64,000 bases of DNA from Acidobacteriota bacterium. GTDB taxonomy: Bacteria > Acidobacteriota > UBA6911 > JACQSX01. The first letter of the stretch is position 1, and the number at the start of each line of letters is the position of its first letter. The notes beneath the pieces are model-generated. The model was not told the DNA's origin, searched no databases, and worked only from the letters and a program-made list of their open reading frames with translations. The translations under genes were made by a program, and so were the position numbers. Where the stretch lies: contig DASXQR010000146.1 in assembly GCA_036507075.1 (NCBI GenBank), positions 32,001 through 96,000 on the forward strand, given 5' to 3'. Shown one piece after another: positions 28,280-42,058 of the stretch.

Positions 28280-29743
28280 GTGCGGCGCTTGGTGAGTGAG
28301 GTGCAGCGGGCTAACGAGGCTTTGGGCGAAGAATTGAAGAGAGTCCAGGAAAAGCTCGGCATTCCCGAGCAACTCCTTAGGGAAATTGAGGCTAGCAGGC
28401 TGCCCAACGAGGAAAGCCGTATCTGGCACCAACAAGTTGAAGGGGCACCCCCAACAGCTTATCTTGACGATCTTGCCGCCTCTGGTCTAGAAGAATTACG
28501 CTCGTTAGTGGACAGAGCCTGGTTGAGCGATCAAGCGGCTCGAACATATCGGCTTGGGACTGAGTTTCTATCCACGCCCCTCCACATTCTGAATGGGCAG
28601 AGATTCATCTCTACAAAGCAAGTGAGTCCTCAGCGCTTTGCTCAAATGATCTTAGTGTGCCGGGATCATTTGGCCAAGCGCGATGATCTTGATTTCTTTG
28701 CAGCCCCTCTTCTGGTGACTGAAATCGCAATGTTGGGGAATCATCTAGACGATCTTCGATTCCTCGGCAAGCATGCAGCAACGAAGGTCAGTATGCTTCA
28801 ATCGATGATAGATGATGAGGTCAGTGCGACGGTTTACGAACTACTTGTGGGAGCTGCGTGTGTGAGGAGTGGATTAGATCTGGAGATGCTGATTCCGGAG
28901 TTGAACGCGAGGACGCCAGACTTTCGTGTACATAGCTTGAGTGTACCAGCTGTTATTGAATGCAAACGCCGTCTTGGTCCGTCGCAGTATGAAGTTAGAG
29001 AAGCTAATCATATCGAAATGCTCTACCACTCCGTAGTTCGGCCACTCACGAACGAGAGACATCTTCATGTATCAATAGAAATCGTGTTCACTGACGAAGT
29101 GGAAAGTGTTGGGCCTGAGCCTTTTGCGGCGGCTTTGCAGTCGCTGCTGAGGGCCAGCGATATGTCTGGGGAGTGTGAGGTCAATTGGGGCAAGCTTTCA
29201 TACGAAACTTTGCCCTATTATGACGACGTTGTACGCACGCGTCTGTATTCCCCTGATTTCATGGAAGGCGTTTTTGGCTGGTCAACCTGTCAGAGACGGT
29301 GGGATGGAATAATATGTGAAGTGGAACCACCTAATAGAATTATTGTCTCGAAGTATCGAGAGCCGCGGTGTCTGAAGTGGATGAGCAGGAGCCCTACTGC
29401 CGTCTTGAAGAAATCGCGCGGTATCACATCGCTCTGGGCAAAGGCCATCCGGCAGATTCCGGCTGGAGAGATGGGATTCGTTTACCTAGCTTATCCGGAA
29501 GGGGGTGGGACCGAAATAGCGGATGCAAGGTCATCCCATATCATAGATACCTGTAAAGAATGGAGGCATCGTTGGACGATAACCGTTCCACTCACAATGG
29601 TTAACCGGCTTTATATGAGAACGTTTGGCCCAGGCAGTCCCGATTTGATCGAGAGCACTCTTGTATTCGTAGAGGGCAATTCGCACCATTTTTTGAAGGA
29701 TTTTCCCACCTGTGTCTTTACGGTCCCGCCACGGCGCTCTTAA
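28280..29743 (+). CDS. Hypothetical protein with a PD-(D/E)xK nuclease-like core
   Basis: YELLVG...TPDFRV...VIECKR; the frame is open about 50 codons further upstream, so the start is uncertain. Confidence 0.7.
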   Translation: MRRLVSEVQRANEALGEELKRVQEKLGIPEQLLREIEASRLPNEESRIWHQQVEGAPPTAYLDDLAASGLEELRSLVDRAWLSDQAARTYRLGTEFLSTPLHILNGQRFISTKQVSPQRFAQMILVCRDHLAKRDDLDFFAAPLLVTEIAMLGNHLDDLRFLGKHAATKVSMLQSMIDDEVSATVYELLVGAACVRSGLDLEMLIPELNARTPDFRVHSLSVPAVIECKRRLGPSQYEVREANHIEMLYHSVVRPLTNERHLHVSIEIVFTDEVESVGPEPFAAALQSLLRASDMSGECEVNWGKLSYETLPYYDDVVRTRLYSPDFMEGVFGWSTCQRRWDGIICEVEPPNRIIVSKYREPRCLKWMSRSPTAVLKKSRGITSLWAKAIRQIPAGEMGFVYLAYPEGGGTEIADARSSHIIDTCKEWRHRWTITVPLTMVNRLYMRTFGPGSPDLIESTLVFVEGNSHHFLKDFPTCVFTVPPRRS

Positions 29744-29829
29744 TGCGGGGATTCGGATTATTTATGACCGAGACGACCGCTAGCTGCCGATGGTCTCGTG
29801 AAGGAACCATCCCTGCTGGAACTGGGCCA

Positions 29830-30060
29830 AACTGTGGTGAACAGGGTGAATCGAGTAGTCATAATTATTAACGCAAAGCGACTTTTCGTCGAATGGGCCG
29901 ATCGCTTCGATGACGGCGGTAAGTCTTTCGGAGTGCAGATTCGGCTGAACTGCCTTTCTCGTTCCGGTATTCGAATGTGACGAAAATTTCCCCACATTCA
30001 TCAAGGCTCATTACGCCGAGATTTTTGAGAACGCACTTGAGACTTGGATGCTGAAGTCTC
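29830..30060 (+). pseudogene. Frameshifted fragment of a conserved hypothetical gene
   Basis: VNRVVIIINAKRLFVEWAD and, in another frame, FIKAHYAEIFENALETW; cut off near the island end. Confidence 0.4.
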
Positions 30061-30245
30061 GGTCAGGGTCCGGTTGAGATCGAACGGTGAAGGGTTCCCG
30101 AAGTGCAAAACTTTCTGTAGTTAAAAACGTAGCTACAAGGGCTACGGGCTTCAATAAATCGCAACAGGTTTCAATAAGAATGCCATAAGCGCTTGAAAAG
30201 TAAGTAGTTGGAAATAGGCAATTTGCGGCGTTTGCCGCGAACGGA

Positions 30246-30290
30246 CTTACAAGCAGGAGGTCCGCGGTTCGAGCCCGCGAGCGCCCACCA
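30246..30290 (+). repeat. tRNA-Val(TAC) 3' fragment, att-site copy 1
   Basis: CTTACAA-GCAGG-AGGTC-CGCGG-TTCGAGC-CCGCG-AGCGCCC-ACCA; no 5' half or D-arm upstream; identical to 47050-47094. Confidence 0.9.
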
Positions 30291-30722
30291 ATGTTTTCGA
30301 TGCTTTACGGCCATTTTTTGATGGCCTGGAAATGCCTGGGGTGAACCCCTTGGGGTGGACCCCTCCTCTGGCCGACAAACCATGGCAACTAGCGCTGCCC
30401 GATTCATCAGGGATTGCGGACTGCAAGGTGCCATCTAAGTTATCCCGAGGGTACCCAGGGAATTTGACTTTCACTTTGGCGGGGCACCTCTGGAATGACC
30501 AGAACTGGCGAGGGACAAAGTCGGCGAAAAAGACGTGCGCGGGGAGGGAAAAAACAGGTACCCAGGAGGGAAAACGCAGACTTCCGAAAACAATCTCAGT
30601 AATGGCAGCTACTTACGTACTTCACCTGTGACAGGCAAACGCAAACCCTGTTTTCCTATACGACCACACCGAGAAATTTTTCTGTATTACCCGCAACACC
30701 GGTTCCAGCATAATATGTCGTC

Positions 30723-31046
30723 ATGCGAATTGCGGGCGGGTCAGCGAAGCTGAAGCATGCAGTTCTCCCGCTGGCTGCGGTTCTGTTTTTGGCCTTTACC
30801 GCCGAATACGGACACCTGGTCGAAGAATCCGTCGCGCATGCTGCGGCAACGGGCGCAAGAACACCTGCTCCGAACGGCCACAGGTGCCACAACTGCGTCA
30901 CGTCGCAGCCCCAGATAGACTCCCCAAGCTGCTCTTTTCAGGCCTCTTTCTCGGTGCTTGAAATTGCGCCGATTCGTCAGACGCGCGGGCCGGTCTCTCT
31001 GGCGCTGCGCGAACTCCCAGCCAACCGGGCGCCTCCTTCCAACTAA
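30723..31046 (+). CDS. DUF2946/CruR-like leader protein with CxxC and C-terminal RAPP arrest motif
   Basis: N-terminal hydrophobic segment, HRCHNC, terminal NRAPPSN; sits 230 nt upstream of a TonB-dependent receptor. Confidence 0.78.
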   Translation: MRIAGGSAKLKHAVLPLAAVLFLAFTAEYGHLVEESVAHAAATGARTPAPNGHRCHNCVTSQPQIDSPSCSFQASFSVLEIAPIRQTRGPVSLALRELPANRAPPSN

Positions 31047-31276
31047 TAACACTCGTTGGCGTTCCTCTCTGATCGCGTTTTCGGCAGCCGGAGTCCCGAT
31101 TCCGCTGTTTGCGCGATTTGACCGGATCCATTTCATCTACAACCGAATTGCCGGCATTCCATCCGGCGGATGACGCGGTCCGTGCACTATGCCGATGGGC
31201 AACCAACGCAGAGGGTGCCGCGCGGCAAGGTCGGGGGGCAGTTTCCGGTTTCGATTTCTGAGCTTGTGGAGAATTT

Positions 31277-33482
31277 ATGTTACCTAAAAGGAATTTCCTG
31301 GAATCTATCGGTCTGATTTTCGCCGTTTGCCTGTTGCAGGTTCCTGCATTGGCACAGGCTGGCGCGACTGGGACTGTTCACGGTGTAGTCACGCTCGAAG
31401 ACTCGGGCAAGCCCATCCACGGCGTGTCGGTCACGATCATTGAATTGCGCGCCTCGGCAGTCACCGGTGATGACGGTTCGTACGAGATCAAAAACGTGCC
31501 CCCGGGTACGTACACTGTTATGGCCCATCTGGACAGGGTTCCCGACGTTGTGCAAACCGTCCAGGTGCCGGGCGGCGCCACAGTGGAAGCCGGTTTCAAG
31601 ATCCGGCTGAGAGCCGCCGGGGAAAAAGTAACGGTAACGGCCAGCGGAAGCGAGGAGACCTTTCTCAACACGATTTCACCCGTGACCTCTCTGGACTCAA
31701 CCGACTTGCTGGAAAAAAACACTCAATCACTGGGTGAGGCGCTCGATCACGAACTGGGAATTGCCAAGCGCACATTCGGGCCCGGAACCTCCCGGCCCGT
31801 GCTGCGCGGCTTCGATGGAGACCGGGTACTTGTCTTGCAGGATGGAAATCAAATCGGATCCCTTGGCTTCCAGTCCGGCGATCATGCCGAGCCGATCGAT
31901 GTTTTGACCGTCGATAAGCTTGAAGTAGTAAAGGGCCCGGCCACACTTCTTTATGGCAGCAATGCCATCGGTGGCGTGGTCAACGCCATTACCGGGCATG
32001 AATCGGCCCACCCGGGCACACGAGGCTACGTGACAGGCGTGGCCGGCACGAATAACTATCAGGCAGGCGGCAGTGGAGGTGTCGAGTATGGCACGCACGA
32101 CTGGGTCGTCTGGGGAAACGCCGGCGGCCAGCGGTCCGGCGATTACGATACTCCCATGGGACGAATCACCAATTCCTACACACGCGACGGCAACGGCTCC
32201 GGTGGCTTTGGTTACTATCCGGGGCGCAGCTTTCTCAGCGTCGATTACACGTTAGATAAGAGGCGCTACGGCATTCCCTTTGACCCTGAAGAAGAGGATC
32301 CCGAGGTGGTATACCTGAACCCCCGCCGCCACAGTTTCCGCCTCAACGGAGGAATTCGCGATTTGAAATCCTCCATTGGCGGCGCGCAGGTTTCGGTGCA
32401 ATACAACGATTACAGGCACTCTGAAATTGACTCCTTCACCAGGGAAGTGGCAACCTCGTTTGAGAACAAGACATTCGACTACCGGGCCGTCTTCGATGAG
32501 CGAAAGGCAGGACGCCGGTCCGGCAGTTTCGGTTTCTCGGGCATACATAGAGATTACCGTTCTTCCGGGGCGGAAGCTCTCGCACCTCCGACCGTACAGG
32601 TCGCTTTCGCGCTTTTCGGCCTGCAGAAGTTCGACTTCGAACGCGTAAGTTTTCAGCTCGGTGGAAGGTTGGAACATAACGATTACAACCCAAGGGGCAT
32701 ACTGGATCGGCCCACTCCCGATCGCTCGTTTAACGGTTTTTAGGTCGGCCGGGTTGCGAGTGGCTCTCTGGAACGACGGCGCCCTCACCGCCAATTACAG
32801 CCATTCGTACCGCGCCCCGTCCCTTGAAGAGCTATACAACAACGGCCCTCACGCCGGCAATGCCACGTTCGAGATCGGGAATCCCGACTTGGAACGTGAG
32901 AAAGGCGACGGCGTTGATTTCTCGCTTCGCCATTCTTCAAGGAGGCTGAGAGCCGAAGTTAACTACTTTTACTATCACCTTGACGATTTTATTTTTCTGG
33001 CGCCTACGGGGAATATCGAAGACGGTTTGATCGAGGCAGATTATGCACAGGGGACGAGCCGATACACAGGCGCCGAGGGGCGGCTGGAAATCGGTCTGCA
33101 TCCAAATCTATGGCTCCTCTCAAAGTTGGATTACGTTAATGCCAAACTTACGGATACCGGCACGCCGCTTCCGCGCATTCCGCCTCTGCGAGGTGTAGTC
33201 GGAATTGAGGCCACGTATGGGGGATTCCGCCTTCATCCTGAGCTTGTAATGTCGAATCATCAGGAGCGGATTTTCCCGACAGAGACCCGAACGGCCGGAT
33301 CCACGGTGTTCAATTTCACAGCGTCCTACACGATCGCGCAACAGCACGACGCACACATCTTTTCAATAACCGCCTTCAACCTGGGGGACCGGTTGTATCG
33401 CAATCACCTTTCCTTCATCAAGGACTTTGCGCCGGAGATCGGACGGGGCGTGCGCATCAGCTACACAGTGAGGTTCTTCTGA
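31277..33482 (+). pseudogene. TonB-dependent receptor (ZnuD-like, N-terminal carboxypeptidase-regulatory-like domain), split by a frameshift at about 32740
   Basis: Signal peptide; plug motifs RPVLRG and EVVKGPATLLYG; barrel continues in the +1 frame (YRAPSLEELY...YTVRFF, terminal Phe). Confidence 0.85.
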
Positions 33483-33620
33483 TGTGGACGGCTGCATGTA
33501 TTCACCCAGACTGAGACTGGCGGCCGTGCCGCGAGCATTCTGATGAAAAAAACGCTCTGCGTACCAGCAATTTGATGGTGTTGGAACCGGTTCGGCGGCT
33601 CTGAGACATTTTGGGAAGTG

Positions 33621-34635
33621 ATAGGGGTAGGGAGAGCCGCTAGGCTCCCCCACCCTCCGAACCGGACGGGCGGATTTCCCGCATCCGGCTCTCCAGTCGA
33701 CAGGTCGTTGGTCCAGCGTTGATGATCCTGCCAGCCGCGTGAAACTCCTTTCCTGCCACGCCGCTTGCGCAGAATTGTGCGTAACCTCCGACGTATCATC
33801 TGATCAAGGATCCTGAACGTCGGGCGGTTGCTGTGTTTGAAATATTCGAACCATCCGCGTGACGTTTGATTCAGCTCTGCGATGATGTCTCGCAGGCTCG
33901 TGCCATTGGTCCGTTTTGTCTTGCCACGGATGCTGTCCTTGAATTTCATAAAACTCTTCTTACGTGGCCATCGCCGACCTCGGTCGAATCGATATCCCAG
34001 AAATTCAAATCCATCTTTGCCAGCGTCAATGATGCGGGTCTTGGTCGGATGCAGCTTTAGTCCATTACCAGCCATCCATTGCTGTATTCGCTCCAAGACC
34101 TGTGTTGCCTCCTCTTCTGTTTGGCACAGAACTACGAAGTCGTCAGCATATCGAACCATCTGGACCCCTTGCTCAGCCATCTCCTTGTCGAGCGGATTTA
34201 AGTAGATGTTGGCCAGCAGGGGACTGATCACCGCTCCCTGCGGAGTCCCCTCCTCAGGTTCGTAATACTTCAGTCCTTCCATCACTCCCTGCTTCAGAAA
34301 ACCCGCCATCAGTGCCAGCATTCTCCCGTCACTGATCTTTCCCTCTACGCGCTCCATCAGTCTGGAATGACGGATGGAATCAAAATAGCTCTTTATGTCC
34401 GCATCCACCACCCACGTGTATCCCCGCTTGAGCAGATTGTCGACCTGACGCAGCGCCTTCTTACAACCCCGTTTCGGTCGAAATCCGTAGCTATGTTTGG
34501 CAAACGTCTGCTCAAAAATCGGCTCTACCGTGTCTCGTATCGCTGTCTGCACGATCCGGTCTCTTACTGTGGGTATGCCCAGCGGTCGCTTTTCCTTACT
34601 CCCGCTTTTGTTGATCCACTGCCGCCGCACCGGCC
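33621..34635 (-). mobile_element. Group II intron relic: 5'-truncated RT/maturase plus domains V-VI
   Basis: RPLGIPTVRDR, GTPQG, YADD; DV GAGCCGGATGCGGGAAATCCGCCCGTCCGGTTC (33691-33659); DVI ending CCCCTAT at 33621; RT0 and DI-DIII absent. Confidence 0.92.
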
Positions 34636-34871
34636 CAGTGCAGAGATTGTGCCTCTCACCGTCTCCCACCTTTTATTCTATATTAGCGGACGCTTGCCGG
34701 AAGTCCGGTTACGTTTAGGCAGAGACCGGTGCCTGGGTTGCTAAACTTTTTTTCGTGTTTTTTCCGACTCGTCAGTTCTGTTATGCGTGCAAAGAACTGA
34801 AGGTGGTCAAAAAGCTGCTCCCCCTCTTGGATGCTACCGCGTGCGCCTGCGCGGTTTGCCCGGCAGTATCG

Positions 34872-35126
34872 ATCGCAGCGCTTGAACAAACGATCACCGA
34901 CGCGGGTGTGGTGATCACGCGGCTGGCGGATCTCAGCGGTGCCCACGGCTACTCACAACCAGGCCGCATCACGATCCTCGAGTCGCTCACGCCAGCGGAT
35001 ACGGCGACGGTGCTCGTCCACGAATTCGCACACGAGCTCCTTCACCAGCGTGGCGACGATCGACCAACGTTCAAGACCGTGCGCGAAACCGAAGCCAAGG
35101 CCGTGGCGTTCATCGTCGGCACAGCG
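34872..35126 (+). pseudogene. Fragment of an ArdC-like/ImmA-IrrE zincin metalloprotease domain
   Basis: GAHGYS..GRITI....TVLVHEFAHELLH...RETEAKAVAFIV. Confidence 0.75.
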
Positions 35127-35128
35127 AG

Positions 35129-35240
35129 TTTGCTCGATGCGGCCCGCGATGCCATAGCCATGCTGGGGGCCCATGGCACTAAGCGTTTTCACGACCATGA
35201 GAGCCAGCGTGCCCTGCCAGACTTCGGCCTTCGCGCTCAT
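35129..35240 (-). pseudogene. 5' fragment of an acidobacterial PadR regulator
   Basis: MSAKAEVWQGTLALMVVKTLSAMGPQHGYGIAGRIEQ, cut off where it meets the ArdC fragment. Confidence 0.75.
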
Positions 35241-35526
35241 ATTGGTTGCCCAAATGAGTATCGCAGGTTTCCGTCGGAAGGCAACAGCACGGATGAATCC
35301 AGCCATTATGCTGGAGGCAATTGTCTTAGCATAGAAAGGGAAGCTACAGCGAGGTGTCGATGACGTCTGGTTCTGCGACACGTCGATTCCATCGTCCATC
35401 CAGTTTCGCCAACTCACCCATCTGATTTGCCGATAATCTGTGTCGGCGACTTTGCTTGAAACTTGGCCCGCGAGGATCGCAAACGGCCTGATTTCCACCC
35501 AACTCCAGCCAATAGACATAAAGAAA

Positions 35527-35559
35527 AGCTCCCGTTAAACAAATGATTTAACGGGAGCT
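35527..35559. repeat. Perfect 13-bp inverted repeat beside the tRNA-Leu fragment
   Basis: agctcccgttaaa - 7 nt - tttaacgggagct. Confidence 0.85.
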
Positions 35560-35573
35560 ACGTTTTGCGACGT

Positions 35574-35631
35574 AGGACTTAAAATCCTGGGCCCCGAAAG
35601 GGGCGTACCGGTTCGATTCCGGTCCCGGGCA
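35574..35631 (+). repeat. tRNA-Leu(TAA) 3' fragment (att scar)
   Basis: AGGA-CTTAAAA-TCCT anticodon arm, long variable arm GCCCC-GAAA-GGGGC, ACCGG-TTCGATT-CCGGT, CCCGGGC-A; no matching 5' GCCCGGG or D-arm. Confidence 0.85.
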
Positions 35632-35686
35632 GTTCAAGTCAACAACTTAGCGCGTCTGACAATTTTGGCACGGTACATACCGGACG

Positions 35687-38100
35687 TCACTTTTCTTCTT
35701 GGCCCCGGTTCTCCACTTCGGCAATCCGCCTGATCAGTTCGACGACACGAGCCGGACTTAGGGAGATCGAATCAATTCCAGCCTTCACCAGAAATTGGGC
35801 GAACTCCGGATAATTGCTCGGCGCCTCGCCGCAAATTCCAACCTTGCGGCCCTTCTTGTGGGCCTTTTTGATCAATTCCTCAACCGTTACCTTGATCGCG
35901 TCATTACGCTCGTCGAAAAGCGGCGCGAGCAGTTCTGAATCCCGATCAATGGCCAGGACGAATTGCGTCAGATCATTGCTGCCGATGGAAAAACCGTCAA
36001 ACCGCTCGGCAAATTGCTCGGCCAATATAATGTTGGAAGGAATTTCACACATGACATAAATCTGCAAGCCGTCTTCGCCGCGCTTCAATCCGTTTTTCGC
36101 CATGACCTCCAGGACTTTGTCGGCCTCCTCCAGAGTGCGGCAGAACGGAATCATCGCGATCACGTTTTTGAAACCGATCTTGTCGCGGACGCGTTTGAGC
36201 GCGGCGCACTCCAGTTTAAAGCCGTCGCGGTAGCGTTCATGATAGTAGCGCGAGGCACCGCGAAACCCGAGCATGGGATTGGCTTCTTGGGGCTCAAATT
36301 GGCTGCCGCCGATGAGATTCATGTATTCATTCGTTTTGAAATCGCTCAGTCGCACCAGCACAGGACGCGGATATTGCGGCATGGCAATTTTGGCGATCCC
36401 TTTTGCCAGATGCTCGATGAAGTACTCCTTTTTGTCCGGATAGCCGCGTGTTAACTTTTCGATCTCTTTGCGCGCGTCTTTATCCTGCAGCTTGTCAAAA
36501 TGAACCAGCGCCATCGGATGAATTTTGATGATGTTCCCGATGATGAACTCAATGCGCGCCAGGCCGATGCCCCGGCACGGCAAATTCCACCAGCGCAAGG
36601 AGCCAGCGGGACTGGCGATGTTGATCATGATCTCCGTTTTAATTTTTGGAAGGTCCTCGATACTGACCTCCGCCTCTTCGTAGTCGAGAATGCCTTTATA
36701 TACATAGCCCTGATCGCCCTCGGCGCAGGAAACCGTGATTTCATCGCCGTCCTTCAATCGTTTCGTCGCCTCACCGGAGCCAATAATGGCCGGGATACCC
36801 ATTTCGCGACTGACGATCGCGGCGTGACAAGTCCGCCCGCCAAGGTCTGTCACGATAGCTTTGGCTTTGCGGAAGATCGGCCCCCAATCCGGTGTGGTCA
36901 TTTTCGTGACCAGAATATTTCCCTCCTTGAATTTCTTTAGTTCCGCGGTGCTGTGAATCTGCTTCACTCCTCCGGCGGCGATTGATTCACCAACACTCAC
37001 GCCGGACAGAATTCTTTCGCCTTTCTGCTTGAGACGATAACTCTTGAGGATGCCGGGTTTTTTCTTGGAATGCACCGTCTCGGGCCGAGCCTGAACGATG
37101 TACAACTCGCCGCTCTCCCCATCCTTCGCCCATTCGATGTCCATTGGACGTCGGTAATGCTGTTCGATTAAACAGGCCCATTCGGCCAGCTTCAGGATTT
37201 CCTTGTCGTCCAGAACAAATCGGGACTGATACTTTTTGGGAACAGCGATTTCCTTTGTGACCTGGCCGCGGCCCCTGGCGTAAATGATCTTTTTTTCTTT
37301 TGCTCCAGGCACCTTGTCCAGAAGAGCCCGGGGCTTGGGCAGAAATGGTTTGAACACAGTGTATTCATCGGTGTTCACTGCGCCTTTTACAACAATCTCA
37401 CCCAACCCCCACGCAGCACTGATGCGAACGGTCCCGGGAAAACCGGTTTCAGTATCGATGGTGAAAAGGACGCCCGCGCCCGACTTGTCGGAGCGCACCA
37501 TCTTTTGAATGCCAATTGAAAGGGCGATTTTGAGGTGGTCGAAATTTCTGTCTTCGCGATAACTGATGGCGCGGTCGGTAAAGAGCGAGGCATAGCACTT
37601 GCGGCACGCCTCAATCAGTGCCTTTTCACCCGTGATGTTCAGATAGGTTTCGAGTTGGCCGGCAAAACTGGCGCCGGGAAGATCTTCGGCTGTGGCGCTG
37701 CTGCGCACCGCAACGTCTGCTTCCTTTTTTTCGTACCGCCTCGCAAGCTCACGATAGCAGTCCCGAATCTCTTTCTCGATCTCCTCGGGGATATGTCCGG
37801 CAATGAACAGCTTTCGAATGGTTTTGCCGACCTCCGCCAGGGTCTCCCTGTCTTTTTTCAGGCGATTCACCTGGTCGCGGATCTTTTCCTCGATATTATT
37901 CTCCCGAACGAACCGCCAATATGCTTCAGCCGTTGTTGCAAAGCCATCCGGTACATGGACCTTTTTTCCCTTCAGGACACGAATCATTTCGCCCAGCGAC
38001 GAATTCTTTCCGCCGACGATGTTTGCGTCCGCTGAACTCAATTCCTCGAACCACCGCACGTAAAGCTTTTTCTCATTTGCCATCACCGCTTTGCTTCGCA

Positions 38101-38104
<4 letters not shown>
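35687..38104 (-). CDS. ppsA: Phosphoenolpyruvate synthase
   Basis: VGGKN, VAVRSSATAEDLP.ASFAGQ, GGRTCHAAIVSRE, GFSIGSNDLTQ. Confidence 0.96.
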
Positions 38105-40956
<2,852 letters not shown>

Positions 40957-40994
40957 GGTGAGAGCAGTTTTCGAACGTTCCTAACTTGGCATGG

Positions 40995-41507
40995 TCAGCT
41001 TCTCGACCGGGCGCGGGTGCGAGCAGCCTTGCGGGCGGCAGCCGACCGGCCCCCCGGACCTTTAGTACGAACGGCCTTTTGTGCCGCGGCGGAGCGAGCC
41101 TTTGCTCCGCGCTTGCGGGCAGCCGTGCGCGCCTGGCGGGCAAGCGACGATTTCGATGCGGCTGAATGGCCCTCGCGGCGCAGAGCAGCTCGGATGGCTC
41201 GCGAGCGGGCTGCCGAAGGCTTCTTTCTTGATCGGGCGCGCTTTAAAGCCAACTTCGCGCTGCGGCGGGTTTTGGCCGACGTCTTCCCCTTCTTGGGCGG
41301 CCGGAGTTTCACGCCGGCACGCCTCGCCTTTGAGAGCCCGATTGCGATCGCCTGCTTGGTTGAGCGCGCGCCGTGCTTCCCTTCGCGAATGTGGTGCATT
41401 TCCTCACGCACGAACTCGCCCGCCTGCGTCGAGGGTGCCTTGCCTTCGCGCTGATCCTCTTTAGCCTTTTCCAAGGCCTCCTTATCCGTATCCTGCTCTG
41501 ACATCAT
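40995..41507 (-). CDS. DUF6496-like basic, histone-like DNA-binding protein
   Basis: GKAPSTQAGEFVREE...ARSTKQAIAIGLSKARRAG with an Arg/Lys/Ala-rich tail; SD AAGGAG upstream. Confidence 0.8.
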   Translation of the reverse strand: MMSEQDTDKEALEKAKEDQREGKAPSTQAGEFVREEMHHIREGKHGARSTKQAIAIGLSKARRAGVKLRPPKKGKTSAKTRRSAKLALKRARSRKKPSAARSRAIRAALRREGHSAASKSSLARQARTAARKRGAKARSAAAQKAVRTKGPGGRSAAARKAARTRARSRS

Positions 41508-41716
41508 GATTCTCCTTTCCGGGAATATGTGGTCGCGCGGCTCACGTTCTCTCTTGTCAAGGAAACAAATGCAATCCCATCGCGAAGCCCGAAGATTCCT
41601 ATCATCATGAGGTAATCGTACATTAGACCGGCACGGTCTCGTAGGAATGAACAAACTTGTCATACGGACTCACCGCCAACGACACCGCTTCCTCAGAACC
41701 TGAGAAAAAATCGACG

Positions 41717-41937
41717 CCACCGGGCCTGGAACGTGAGAAAAAATTCACCGCGAAGGCGCGAAGGCGCGAAAACAAGAATTACTGTAGTCCTCCAAGTGAC
41801 GCAATGACGGCAGACATTGCAGTATTTACGGGTACTTAGATAACAAAGCTATCTCACCTTAAGTCGCTTTTTTCGCGCTTTCGCGCTTTTGCGGTTCCAG
41901 TTTTTTGATTTTTTCTCACGTTCCTGCCCCGGTGGTG
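41717..41937. repeat. Imperfect long inverted repeat (REP/MITE-like)
   Basis: Left arm ccaccggg..ggaacgtgagaaaaaat..ccgcgaaggcgcgaaggcgcgaaaa; the reverse complement recurs at about 41868-41937. Confidence 0.7.
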
Positions 41938-42022
41938 AGCACGAATTTTCACTAGAGCTGAATATCCACTCACTTTGGAGACACTCGGGCTGACGTTGAA
42001 GGTTCGGGCATTTGTTGGCGCC

Positions 42023-42052
42023 TTGACGGTCGCATTGCACACAAGGTACCCT
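42023..42052 (+). promoter_or_regulatory. Putative promoter of a leaderless vapBC transcript
   Basis: TTGACG-N18-TACCT-like box (TACCCT), 6 nt before ATG 42059; no SD. Confidence 0.55.
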
Positions 42053-42058
42053 TTACAC

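Larger units (their letters stand above)
1..30290. mobile_element. Genomic island A (integrative element plus defence cargo); right end at a tRNA-Val 3' fragment, left end outside the window
   Basis: Serine and tyrosine recombinases, excisionase, coupling ATPase, relaxase-like gene, visibly AT-richer cargo, and a terminal tRNA-Val(TAC) 3' fragment at 30246-30290. Confidence 0.75.

Noticed and set aside
32741..32743. Amber read-through or pyrrolysine in the TonB receptor
   Set aside because: The continuation is in a different frame, so read-through would not restore the protein
33461..34669. RT as a retron, DGR or defence-associated RT
   Set aside because: Group II RT motifs plus adjacent DV/DVI; no template/variable repeat pair or msr-msd seen
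34755..35519. ORFs 34755-35363 and 34953-35519 as intact genes
   Set aside because: Each is a chance chimera holding only a fragment (ArdC-like or PadR) that meets the other at about 35127
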